Positions 11,620-24,374 are shown, numbered from the whole stretch's first letter. The stretch is 63,782 nt of DNA, filler included, from Dimorphilus gyrociliatus (GCA_904063045.1; 3 parts of 3 records of this genome joined end to end with filler, not necessarily neighbours in it), one strand, 5' to 3'. Notes: a model not told the origin generated them from the letters alone. A program made the numbers and translations.

Positions 11620-12400
11620 TGCATTCTGCTTTTACCATTTCTATAGTAACTCCATGTATAATAGAAAGTTCTTTAATTCATATTCCAAAAATAAAAGTCT
11701 TTATAAAATTCCATCATTCTAATTCCTATAAAATAAGAAGGTTTCCAAAGTTCCTTTCACATCTAAAGTTAAATAGTGTATATTTATTATTATTGCTGAG
11801 TGTACCTTCTTTTTTTTGCGAAATTAGAATGATAGTACTTTAGAAAGAAATCTATTTTGTGAGAATTAGACTTTTTGGCCACAACAGATGAAGCTGTTAT
11901 GGTTTGGAAATGGAACAAAGAACATTGAAAAGATGCTTGTCAAAATTGTTGCATCTTACTTAGTAGGAGATACTGTACTTTGTGGGGTTGACAGAAAATG
12001 TCCACAAATGAGAAATTTCAAGACAAGTTTTTGGATTGAGAAATGGTTAGGCATAAGAAAACAACAACTGATTTGTTCTTAGGAGGGTCTCCCCTAAAGG
12101 CTAGTGCTAATGGAAAAGGCTAGCTACAGCTAAGGGTTGGGTTAGGGTTAGGGTAAAAGCACCATTTTGTGGACGTTTTCTGTCGCATCCGTACTTTGTT
12201 GTATTGGAATTGTAGGAATTTCTGGTTTGTCACAACTGTAATCGTCCTTTCCAATCATTTACATTTGCTGCTTTGTTAATTCTCTAGTGGCACCATCTGT
12301 TATGGTCAAAGAATCTACTTCCTACGACATAAAAGTCTTTTTAAAGTTCTAGAATCTAATTCTACCAAATAAAGGTAGGCAAGTAAGCAAAGTAGATAGC
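11620..12400. repeat. Decayed LTR fragments in both orientations; 11974-12400 is an internally deleted minus-strand LTR
   Basis: Matches to 2490-2720 (plus) and to the LTR end TGTACTTTGTTGTATTGGAATTGTAGG (11974 and 12191 onward). Confidence 0.75.
11984..12190. mobile_element. 207-bp MULE-type MITE with TTAGGG repeats
   Basis: Imperfect TIRs GGGGTTGACAGAAAATGTCCACAAAT and (reverse complement) GGATGCGACAGAAAACGTCCACAAAAT. Exact 9-bp TSD GTACTTTGT at 11975-11983 and 12191-12199, which is Mutator-typical. Confidence 0.93.
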
Positions 12401-13751
12401 ATTTTATATCGTTAATTTACTACTGTTTGCCAGAGGCACTGCTTTAACTGTGGGAGCTGTGAGAGTTAATTACATTTGATGTACTACTGTTGAAATCATA
12501 ATCATCATAGAGTATTTTGAAATACCATTCAAGAAAGCTGTACTTGTGCCAATTTTCTGGAGATTATTCAAATTCGATTCTATAGCTTACGAAGATCAAC
12601 CTATTTACAGTATTCAAACTGATCCAAATATGTGCCTTTTAAGGAATTATTGTTATTCAGACACTGCTTTGAATGGTTTACCCCTTGAATGTTCAATATG
12701 ATAAAAAAGAAGGATTTAAATTAGAAGAGTTTAATCAGGAAAATTGAATATTTATAATGGACTCGACCATTCAATGAATTCTTTGAGCAGTATCTCATTG
12801 TCAGTTTAAATTCATTGTTCAACTTCTGACAATGTAAATAAAGAACTTTCTCTATCTGAGAAACTGTTAACAAAGATACAAGAAACACTATCACAAGCCA
12901 AGCAAATAATATTTGAGTTAACCCCAACAAATATCAAACCTTCCATTTCTAATAAAAAATTCCTTTCCTTGGTTGATTTTTATACTTTTTCAAATTCTAT
13001 ATCCCAGTTTATATCTCGTTTTCAAAGCAACATTTTAATGTTCTTTACTTTTTTTCCTAACCTAAATTCCTGTTTAATTTTGATATTTGAAAGGAAAATG
13101 TCAAATGGAATTTATTTTTGAAAGTTTCCTAGGCCTCTTAGGAGATGGTAAGATAAATATACATTTTTCATTACATTCAATGCCTGCCCTCCTGTCTAGG
13201 ATAAGGACTACTGCCTCTTAGAAAGCCTAGTACTTCCTGTTTCCCAAGAACTAGGATGGGAACAGTAAATATTTAGAATACAAATTATATGAAATGTTTG
13301 AAATTATCAATACTTTAATAATGAAAACAATTAATCAAACATTTTTTTAATTATAAAAATCCTTTTTTGTATTATAAAAAAGTCATTAGGGAGTAGATTA
13401 TAACATTAGTAAAATTGTGATAAATTTCTCTAAAAAGACAGTTTATTTTTTATTGATTTGTTAAGTATTAACAAGAAAATAGACAAAAAGTTTGTTTTGT
13501 TCTAAAAATATTGATATCAGATAACAATTTACATGATTATTTTCTATTGATTTCTGCTTGGTGATATATATTTTCCCTTCTCCTCTTTGCAAAACAATCT
13601 GTCAACATGATTTTTAAACTACCATTCATATTTTCAATCATTTCCCACTCAAATATAATATTTACATTTGGAGAAAAGTTTTCAAGTTTGTCGTGTTTAT
13701 TATTGTTGTTGTGTTTTTTTTTGTATTTTCAAATTTCAAATTTTTTAACTA

Positions 13752-15175
13752 GGTGGACAGCTTATTAACGTTGCTGATAAAATAAATAATGCAACTTGTA
13801 CAACTTCGAATGTTCTTAACACCAATTCGTTATTCACTTTTTATTGTGAAAATATAATGGATGCTCCCTGGACGAATCGAAATGAGTGGATTGCTCACTG
13901 TGCAAGTAATCATTGCAGTTTACAATGGATTAATATTACTTTTCAAAAGCTATATGACATTGTAGAATTTTGCATTTATCAGAGAATTGTTCTGGAATTA
14001 TCTTGGACTTTCTGCTTTTCAAGTTTATGCTAAAAGTATTAAAGATATTCAATTTTTTTTTGCTCTATTATTCTATTCTTTTCAGGAACTTTTGGGCAAA
14101 TTTATTCTATTCAATCGGATGATTACGTCATCTATTACATACCAGAAAAATATCATAACAACTTTAGAGCATTATCATTTAAAGTTCAAGGTCAAAAACA
14201 ACAGGCGTGAAATAGTTGTTCATCACTTATCATCAGTTTTAAAAATGAGTCATCAATACAGTTTTCAATACAGATTGATATGAGAGAAGAGAGCAATAAC
14301 AGCGAAAATCTATTATTTCTAGTGCAGGAGGAAACCTTGTCCATTAACAAGTTCAAATTGTCAAAATCATTGATTAAATGCGAACAATGGAATGAATATT
14401 GGTTTGAAATTTTAAATGGTAAAATCTATTTTGGATCTGGTAACATCTATGGAAAAAACACTTTGGCAGCTGTACAAGCGAATAATATAGATAATAATTT
14501 CACACAAATTATGTTAAAAAATAATGGAAGTGACGTCATCAATAACTTTCAAATTATTGATTAGGTTTGGAATAAAAATATCTATATATCTATATATACA
14601 GTATAGGCAAAAAGTCCCCAGGCACCCTGTAAAATTTTTATGCCCTGGTAATTTGCCTTTCCATCTTTGGTGTCACTTTTTTTGTCTACCACTTCTTTGC
14701 TTATCTTTTATCATAGGCTTGTCTTTAGGCATGGAAAGAGGAAAAATCAAGAAAATATTACTTTTTTGAGGTGTAACAGTGACTTACCGCCGGTACTGTA
14801 TATATTGATTTTATTGTCATTTTAGATGGAAAGAAACTAATTGCATCAAATTTGAGAAGTTGCCAAACAAATTACAATTACGTCATGGATAAATATTTGA
14901 ACACTTGTAATAATTTACAACAATTAACTAATTTCATAAATCTAAACTTGTTGAATAATGGAATTATAGATGGAAACTTTTCATTATATATCATTTTTAA
15001 AAAAGTTAACAAAAGTGTTGGAAAAGCAACAATTAATCTTCTTCATCCTATTAGAAAGAATGATGGAAAACCTGAATTTTTTCATCTATGCCAATTAAAA
15101 AGCATTAATGATAAGCCACCCATCTACTGCTCAAAATTTGAAAACGGTTTTGGTAGTTTGGCAACCTGCTATTGA
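13752..15175 (+). pseudogene. Multi-exon secreted-type gene with F5/8 type C-like and FAMeT-like domains, apparently frameshifted or deleted
   Basis: After the AG at ~13752: GQLINVADKINNATCTTS..YCENIMD..EWIAHC..QWINITF..YQR, then NYLGLSAFQVY in another frame (deletion). WNEYWFEILNGKIYFGSGNIYGKN resembles the farnesoic-acid O-methyltransferase domain. Last exon ~14825-15175. Confidence 0.5.
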
Positions 15176-15475
15176 AAACTATCTACTCCTCTATTGAACT
15201 CTCATATTGCTACTTGCTCAAGTATTTTTTTTTTGAATAAACCATTTGTTTAAAGGTTTCAGTAGAATTAGTATTGTTCTAATTTGCAAATGCCTAAATT
15301 TGCCAAGCCAGAGCAGTACAATGTTGTATCTAAACAATTGTAATGTGCAATTTCGGTTATATTTCATGCTTGAAATTAGTAAAAATTGTCTATAACTATA
15401 GGGTTGTATAAACAAAAAATAGAACTGTGTACATGGAATATAATCTTTGATGAATAAAAAACCTAAAGGTGTCCT

Positions 15476-18400
15476 TCATAGCCTTAAATAAACAACAGCA
15501 AACAGTGATAAAAATGACACAAAAAGCAGATGACTATGTAAAATAATACTTGGCGCAGAGTTACAAAATTGAGTTTGACAACATTTTTGATAGATGCTTT
15601 CTCCTTTGGTTAAATCTCTGCAGTATTCATCAGTCTCCGGTGGACAGGCTTCAGATGAACATCCTCTTTTATATGTAGTAACGCCCTTAAATCTGTGTTC
15701 AGTTTTTGTGCAGTGCTCACCAGCTTCTGCAAAGCAATATCTCCCTTCAGATATTGATTCACTGCCACAAACGCTCTCTGGACCGAAACATTCATAACAT
15801 TTTATATTCTTATGTCTAATATCTGTAGCTAAAAATGTTAAAAGTCACAGCTGTTATAAAATTAATCTAAATATTAATGTGACATTATTACATGAACATT
15901 TTCCATCAAATAGATCGTATCCTTCAAAACATTTGTTACACGTTCCTCTTATTACGCAATTTTTACATTGCCGGAAATTATTCTCTGAGCAACGCCAACA
16001 TTTTCCTTTCGACAACAGATAACCATTTACACATTGAGTACATGTAGGTTTATTATCTGTTATTGAGCAACTTGAACATCCTTCCGATGACGTCATTGTG
16101 GAACATTCTATTAGAAAAAAAATACGTAGACACTAATGTTGTATAATTTGATTTGTTCTGTTTTTGCTTACCAACACAAAGATTTTCCTTAAAATCATAA
16201 CCAGGTAAACATTTTGTACATTTTGTTATAAAATCTGATGCCAGAGTACAATGTTCGCAATTTCCTATGCAAACTACACAAGCTCCTTTAATCAAGTGAA
16301 AACCTTGTTTACATTGATAGCACACCAGGTCATTTCCTGAAAATTGGCATTTGTTACAATTTGGTGGACAGGCTGTACAAACTTCATTCTCCTCTCTTTA
16401 TCCAACCAGACATTTTGAGCAGGTAAACAATCCAGCTTTATCTTCGAAGCATGAATGACAATTTTTAGGGCATTTATAACAAAGATTGTTAGAACGTTTC
16501 CATCCATATCCAGCTGAACATCCGGTTGATGAACAGCTAATGATATCCAGACTTTTACTGCAAATATTGCAATTGCTAGGACATTCTAAAAAAAAAAATA
16601 TCAAATTAAGTAAGAAGAACAGAGATCATTTTCTCAACCTGTGCATTGTCCATTAATTAGTAAAAATCCTTTGATACATTTAATACATTTAGAGCCAAAT
16701 GTATTACCGGAAACACTAGAACATTGGACGCATCCATTCTGACAGGCTAATGGAAACAACTTAGTTTGTTAATGAAAAATGTAAAAAAAAGAAGCTTACG
16801 AAGGCAAGTTTTGCTATGTTGATTTAAGAAATAGCCCAATTTACAGGTTTTGCAGAATGTTTCCGTTCCAGTTTTATAACACGTCAGACAAGGACTAACG
16901 CATTTGAAACATTTATTGTCAGCTACAGAATATGTAAAGCCATCTTCACAGGTTTTGCATAATGTTCTGAATTCAATACTATCCCATTCACATGTTTTAC
17001 AATTGAATGGGCAAGGTAAACAATTCCTATTCGAATCAAATGTAAATTTTGAGAAACATTTTGAACATTCAAAACTTCCGTCTCTCGTTGAAAAACATTT
17101 CTCGCAAGATGTTCCACAACTTCCGCAAGTACCGTCCGATTTTGTCATATAGCCCACCTTACATCCAGTAGCTATACAGAACGTTTCCGTGCCTCTTAGT
17201 ACGCAATTTACGCAGGAAGGCGGACATTCGAAACACTGTTTTGAATCAGGACTAAGCGTGAACCCATTGGAGCATTTTATACAAATACTTTCCCCGAATA
17301 TAGTCTTCATACACCTTTGACAGTTCAATTGACAAGGACTACAGCCGAATTCATTGTCTGACAGTCCGTATCCAGGAGCGCATTCAAACCTGATGCAATG
17401 AGCCTGAAAGTTATTAGCCGCTCTGCATTTAGAACAGGAAGGTGGACATTCCAAACAACCAGATTTATCCGGTTTTAAGATATATCCCTTTTGGCATTGG
17501 TTGCATTCAGTGCCAGTGTTGGTAAATATGCATGATAAACAAGCTGAATTGCAGCTGAGGCATTCAGCCTTTGTTACACTTGGTGAGTAGGAAGTAGAAC
17601 ATTTAAAGCACTTTACCTCATTTAGCTCATTGGCGAGATCACATTCTTCGCAGTTGGGTATCTTACCGCAATTTATGCATGTCTTCTTATCAACAGAAAG
17701 TGTAAATCCTTTAACACATTCATCACAAACTCCATTCGTGTTCGAATTCGAACATTTCAAGCAATTTTCGGTCACGTGAGTTTGGCAAGATATACACTGT
17801 AAACCATCAAGTGACGTCACAAATCCACTTTTGCAGGTTCGACATTTTTTCTCTCGATCTTCGCATTCAATACAGTTTTCATTAATCAAATTGCAGGCGT
17901 AACAAAACACATCGTTTACTTTATCTATTGCAAAACCAGTTGAACATTGATGGCAACTTCCGGCAGTCTTACCTTCATCAACAAATGAGCATTGTTCACA
18001 ATCTGGAGTACAAGATGTACATTTAGTACCATCGTCAGATTTAGTAAAAGTGTCTTTGCACAAACTGCATTGAGTCTGATAAGATTCTTTCAAGCAATTT
18101 GCGCAATTTCCAACTGAGCACTGTAAACAAATTCCAGCAGCTGAAATTGTAAAACGAGGTTTGCAGTTCAAGCAAAAGTTATTTTCAGTGCATGTTAAGC
18201 AATTAATATCTGAGCAGCTGTAACAACCCTTTCCGTCTGATTTAATACTTCGTCCACTTCCGCAACTAAGACATCTTTCAACAGCAGTTTTTTCGTCATT
18301 TAAACTGCATTTTTCGCAGTTAATATCAAGGCCACTACAAGGTAGACAATCAGTTTTCAAACCATTCAAGAGATAGCCACTCTCACATTCTAGGCAGATT

Positions 18401-19740
18401 TCTGTTAATTTGTTCAGAAAATTGATGATAACACACTTGTTACAGTGCTCATTCAGTTTTGAACAAACTTGACAGACTTTCTCTGAATGATCTAAAGTTT
18501 TCCCTTCTTCGCACATATCTTTCAAACATAGACCTTTACTATCGCAGACTTTGCAGTTAGAGACGCAAGGTATGCAACTTCCGGTTTCTGTTAAACTGTA
18601 TTCAGATTTACAGATGATGCATTCCTTATGAATGCCCTGAATTTTACAATGCAAGCAACCAGTACCGCATACTGGAAGAGAAAAGTATCATTAAAACAGA
18701 TACAAGAGATAATAACAAGACTTTTTACTTACAAACACAGACGCCGCTTTCATCATCATATCCAAAACCTTCAAAGCATTCAGATGGTAGGCATATACCC
18801 TTGTTGTTGCTCTTGATGCATTTTTTGCAGTTGAAAGGGCATTTTATACATGTCATGTCATCCCTATTAATGCTGTATCCCTTTGCACAAAGCCTACATT
18901 TAGGACTATTTCCTCCCCATGAACAAATGTCACAATTGCTTGGGCATCTAACGCACTTTCCAGCAAGATTATTGACGTAATATTCTTTGCAGTCATCACA
19001 CATTGTCTCTTTACCATTAAAATGACAAGCTGTACATAATGGCGGACATTTTATGCAAAGTTTCTGACCAGAGACGGGTATAAATCCATCGTTGCATTGA
19101 GTACATTTCATAACATCCTGAATGTCCGGTGAACAGCTTTTGCATTTGTGAGGACACTGGAAACAGTACCGTTTATTCGATGATACGGAATATCCATCTT
19201 CGCAGCCATTGCAAAAGAAATTATCTCTGCAGGAATAACAATGGGCTGAGCATGGTTCACATGCTCCATTTTGGTTAACCGTAAATTTGTTTTGACAAAC
19301 TCTACATTTTAAGCGTTCTGTAAAAATATCCCAATGGCATATATTGCAGAATGAAGGACAAGGTTTACAAACACCCTTTTCCAGAGCATATTTCACTGGA
19401 CAGCTAATACATATACTTTTTCCATTATGGTCAAAGGTACAAGTTTTGCAGTATTCTCCGCAAGGAGAACACTTACCATCCTTAATAGCATATCCTTCAT
19501 TACATACTGTACATTGTATACCAGGGTCTGACTGTATGCAAACCTTGCAATTTTGTGGACATTCTATAATTTTGTTGTAGTTTTAGTATAGTAATTGTAA
19601 ATATAGAAAATAAACGAAAATATGACTTACTTATACAAGTAAAATCGTCTAAAGTAAGAGACCCTGGACTGCATCTTAAACACCTCATCCTATCACCAGT
19701 GATACCGAATTGAGCACATGATTCACAAATGTCGTTACAG
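15476..19740 (-). CDS. Large Cys-rich (CxxC/furin-like repeat) surface protein with C-terminal Ly6/uPAR domain and GPI signal; one in-frame TAA; 5' exon unresolved
   Basis: Exons ~19740-19631, 19563-18733, 18671-16800, 16585-16172, 16107-15892 and 15828-15476, with GT-AG introns all in phase 1. Internal exon lengths are multiples of 3. Roughly 30 CxxC..CxxC..GY repeats. Last exon KCYEC...YKRGC...CCQTQFCNSAPSIILHSHLLFVSFLSLFAVVYLRL* is absent from the ORF track. Confidence 0.85.
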
Positions 19741-20238
19741 TTTCCATTTGGAAAAATTTTTCTATTTTCCATATGATGTAGAAATACATGACAGAAAAAA
19801 TGTTGTATTTGTTTCAAAAGACGTCTGTTCCCCTCCTTGTTCAGATGCAGTGGAAGAGTATTTTCTTTGCGGTAATAGAAATAACAATATAATTCATACA
19901 GAGGAATGTATTGAATATTTATGGACAATGAATGTTGTGGATATGGTTCCTAGAAAACAAAACTAGTTTATGCTTTAGGTATCAACAACAAGGTTCTAAC
20001 TCCAAATAAGGATTGTTCACAACAAACAGGGTCAAGGGTTATCATTTTATTCAATAGTGATGTAAACAACAGCAACAGTGACAGTTTAAATACTTTGAGG
20101 TTTGCCTCTCATATCCAATTATCACGTGACATTTGCCAAACTGTCTAGTTCATATTTATCTTTAGAAAGTGGAAGTTACAAGGTTCAACACTTAAGAAGG
20201 CTAATTGAATTATAACTTGGCCAAACCTTAACTGGTAA

Positions 20239-21300
20239 TTAAAGATGAACCTTAAGAATGACTAATGATGTCCATGTTATTGTGTTTTCTTGTGTAGGTT
20301 CTTGATATTTCCTTTCTGGTAACATTATGTTATTTACATAGTTAGAGTCTTTGAGATCAGTTCTTAATAAATCAAATGCTTTATGTGGAACTAATACTCT
20401 TGTTCCTGGTCCACCAAATCCTTTTATGTATCTGTCTTGATATGGGAGGTCCATTATTGCATAGTTTGGACATGAAAAGTATCCTCCTAGTTTAACACAT
20501 TCTATGTCTCTTGTCACAACTTTATAAGGTGAGGTATGACCAAGGAGATGTTGCCCTTTTGTTGGATTAAATATGATAATTGAATCTAGTGTTCTATAGA
20601 ATCTATCTTTTATAGAGCAGTCTTCCATATACATTTATTCCAGATTTGTAGTTATTTTGTCTTGGCTAGGTTGCCAAAAGTCTTTACCAATTTGTAATAT
20701 TGTTGTGAATTTTTCAATAACTGTTGTTCTTGGCCATTTGTAATATGGTCCTTTGTTTTCCTTTCTGAATAAGTTTTTGTCCATTAAGAGTTTTCTTAGA
20801 ATAAAGCATTTTTCTACATTGCTTTTCAGTCTAGGTAAGTGTTTGTTTTTCAATTCTGTGCTTCTTTGCTCCAAAGAAGTAATATGTATAAAAGTTGATT
20901 CTTCTTTTCACCATACACTTATCTGCTTGAATAGCCAGTTTTTCAGCTTTTATTTCATAAATATTTGCCATTATTTTGGTCATTTCTTGAGTTTCAAAGG
21001 TACATACTAGTTCATCAGCCAAATCATATGACTGATGTACTTGTTATCCCTTACAAAATTGTACTGGTGGCAACATTCTTACAGTGATGTTTGCTCTGGT
21101 GAATGATGTGTCACCATATACCAAACTTAAGCAACATAAAGCTAGTAAGGTGATCCTCTGATAGGTAGTGTTCCACCATTTCTTTTTGTCTTTTCTAAAC
21201 AAACTGTGTTAATTCTTATTGGTTGTCTATTTGCTAATCTAAGTCTGCTAGCATGATAAAATTTTCTTTTATTTGCCAATATTTCCAATTCATACAAACA
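20239..21300 (-). mobile_element. Decayed second copy of Gypsy integrase tail plus class III env
   Basis: YELEILANKRKFYHASRLRLANR, then ITLLALCCLSLVYG (signal) ..ANITV..FC..YDLADELVC..NFYTYYFFGAKK..YKWP..KITTNL..SCPNYAIMDLPYQD..GFGGPGTRVLVP. This is collinear with 53250-55230. Confidence 0.88.
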
Positions 21301-22817
21301 TTTTGTAGTATCAGTAGCAGTTACAAGATATTTATTCTGTTCATTCCTTGTCCAATGTGCTCATTTTTTATGTGTATCCAAAGTTTGAACAATGCAAAGT
21401 AACATTTTAACACAATTAAAAGTTCTAAAAATGGTTCCACCTTTAATTGGTTTCATTCATCCTGAGTAATAAGGTCAGATAAATTTAGATGGTCAGCTTC
21501 TTTCATAAGATGTAACAATTTTTGTAACATTCAATTCAACCATTGAATGTGAGAAATTGGAAAAACAAAGTCAACAATAGTTGAGTCTGACGTTTTGGTA
21601 CTCTTTAGCTGGCGGCTAAATTAATGTTCTTAAGTGGTTAAAGTAAGGCTAATGTAGTTCTATAATTAATGCTAAATTCATTGGATTTATTTGTAAGAAT
21701 TTTATATGCTCACATGCATATGTGCATTGCAGCATATATTTATAATAGAATTGTGCATACCTAGCCCTCAATGCTAATGTTAAGTATTCATATTAAATAG
21801 TATTGAGTTAAGTCTACAGTTTTCTAAAAGAGCATCTATATCAAACTGAAGTGTACACTTTCTGAGTACCATTTTTTATAATTTTAAATTTGGAGGAATC
21901 AAAGAATTTAATACTAGATGGTTTTATTTCAAATGAGCTTTCTTCAACATCATTAACTTCAAAATTAGGATCACTACTAACACTTAAATTTCAATATCAA
22001 TTGAACAATTATCAATATCCATCTCCTGATCAACATATAAATCATAATGAAATGGTATTTGATAATCATTTGGATTATTGCTAACATTGACATTTTCTGC
22101 AGCTTAATAAGAATGTTATTGACCACATATTTTGTACAACACTATTTTTAAATGCCATTCTGACATTCTTAAATTACCTCATTTAAGTAAATTATAAATA
22201 TTTGAAAAATAATACTACTGAAACTAACCATTAGCACACTTCTTGTGGTAATTATGATGACAAAGATTGCATTTAAAACCAGTGTTATTTCTTTTGATAA
22301 AATTTTTACAAATATTACATGACACCATTCTTCTTTCATGAAATAACGGGATGATTTTCAAAATTATCCAATTTTCTTAAAATAATAAATTTTTTTTATT
22401 TAATTTCAAGTTAGGATGAATCTTAAACTATTCATACATTAATTAATTCATTATTTATGTTAAAAAACCTAATATTAGTCACAAAAATATATAAAAACAA
22501 AAATTAGATCTTTTTAAATATTTGGAGAGGAAGCAGAATTATGGATGACAAAAGATTATCTTTAAAAAAAAAACTGGTAAAAAAGAATTCTTTTAAAAAA
22601 AGAAAGAATTTGATTTATGAGTTTTAGCAATCATTTTTTACAATCTCTGTCTCAATACAATAAATAATCTTTAAAATAAAGATTTATAACTATATTTATA
22701 ATAAAAGTTCTTTAAACAAAAGCCAGAAATATTAGTTATATACAGTTTTTAAACACCACTGGGTGTTTTCAATCAGTACAGTAGGCGTTTTCAACAGGTT
22801 AGTGGGCGTTTTCAAAA

Positions 22818-22882
22818 ATATCACTGTAATGATGATCTGTGGCTGTATCTACTCAATAACAGTCACAAAACCATCCTACCTA
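22818..22882 (+). mobile_element. Short fragment of the env signal-peptide region
   Basis: TVMMICGCIYSITVTKPSY versus TVMVICGCIHSITVLKPSY at 54435-54492. Confidence 0.75.
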
Positions 22883-23709
22883 GAGTATATAGCAGCAGGA
22901 GAGATAGAAAAGATCTATGAAAGTAGCAGAGTGGCTGGTAAAACCTTACTTTCATGTGAAATAGATCAGCCAGAAATGATAAACTTTGGGTGATGATTGA
23001 GAAAGATATCAACAATCAATGACTAACCGTCTGGATGGTCTAAACCAAGAGCTATTCACTCATAATAAAATAGCTCAAGCGAGAAAATTAGAAATATCAA
23101 TCTTCCACCCAGAAAGGCAAAAATAAACTGGTGCAAGTAGTATGAATGTATGAATCTTTGAATTCTGCAGGGATCTGTCACAATTTACACTTTGTGATTT
23201 CTAGTTTGCAGTTCATGATAATTGATTTGCAGATTCATGATTCATGGTCCAAAGACTGTGGCTACAATCATCTCTTGAAAATTCTCCTTCACAGTGCAGA
23301 TAGTCAGACAACATCCATATAGGAATAACCAACAGGAAACCAATCCCATAGTTGCCATTAATGATAACACTAATAATGACTTGTGACTGTATTAATCCAA
23401 GAATAGATAACTATATTCAAGATATACTTAATCAATCCAATTATTGTTAAGAAAGAAGAAATAACTACCAATGAATAATTAAATAGTGGAGATTTTAATG
23501 TTTTTGAAAGTAATGGTCAAGGTCAAATTGTTAATGTCATAAAACCAAAAATAATTATCAAATACACATTATACTTTACACAAAGTAATTGTATCCAAAA
23601 TTCTATACAAACTATTAAACAGTGTGAATAATGATGATTTGAAATTTGATCTATTCTATTCCAATATTTAAATAACAAAAGTATTGGATGTCAGAGGAAC
23701 CATACTATA

Positions 23710-23846
23710 CCATGTTAGACTATTTGTGGACGAACTGGAAAGGTTCTCTTTGTGTGAGTACTTTGGTAAATTGGTAAATGATTGGAATGGACGATTACAG
23801 TTGTGACAAACCAGAAATTCCTACAATTACAATACAACAAAGTACA
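23710..23846 (+). repeat. 3' fragment of the solo-LTR family
   Basis: Matches 3045-3205 and ends CAATACAACAAAGTACA. Confidence 0.85.
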
Positions 23847-24374
23847 ATTAGTGAACTCAGGTTTTGTTTTAGCCTAACCCTGCCTAACCTTTTTCATGAC
23901 CCCCTAATCCTCAGATGAAACCCTCATTGTTGTCTTACAAGAGAAACCTAGGATTAGGTTAGGTTAAAGTCTTGAGCTAAGCAAAAAAAAAACCTCTATT
24001 TAATCACATGACAGGAGATATATGAACCAAATTTCAATAGTCTTCTTTTCTGACGAAATGAAATGATAAATTTCCAAAAGTATTTAAATAGATGTATCTT
24101 TTCCGAAATATTAATGAAGTTGACACAAAGTTTCCATAGTATAGAACTAATTGAAAGAATAGGCCTATTTCTATTTCAATTTCACAATTTCTACAATCCA
24201 TCATTGTGTATGAATGGATATAGTATAAGCATTTGGTTAAATGTCTCCAAATAAAAGAATCAAAACAAATGCAACAGAATTTGCAAAATAGCCACCTAAA
24301 TCATAAAATAATAAGTCTTACAAAGACAGAAAGAATTCATCACATTTTCAAAAATAGATGTGTCCAAGTTTCAT

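Noticed and set aside
12400-12950. Possible GPCR pseudogene (minus) or zinc-finger remnant (plus)
   Set aside because: Only scattered hydrophobic or Cys/His patches amid many stops, too decayed to call.
22880-23460. Moderately GC-richer stretch suggesting another element
   Set aside because: No recognisable motif in any frame and no second copy in the window.
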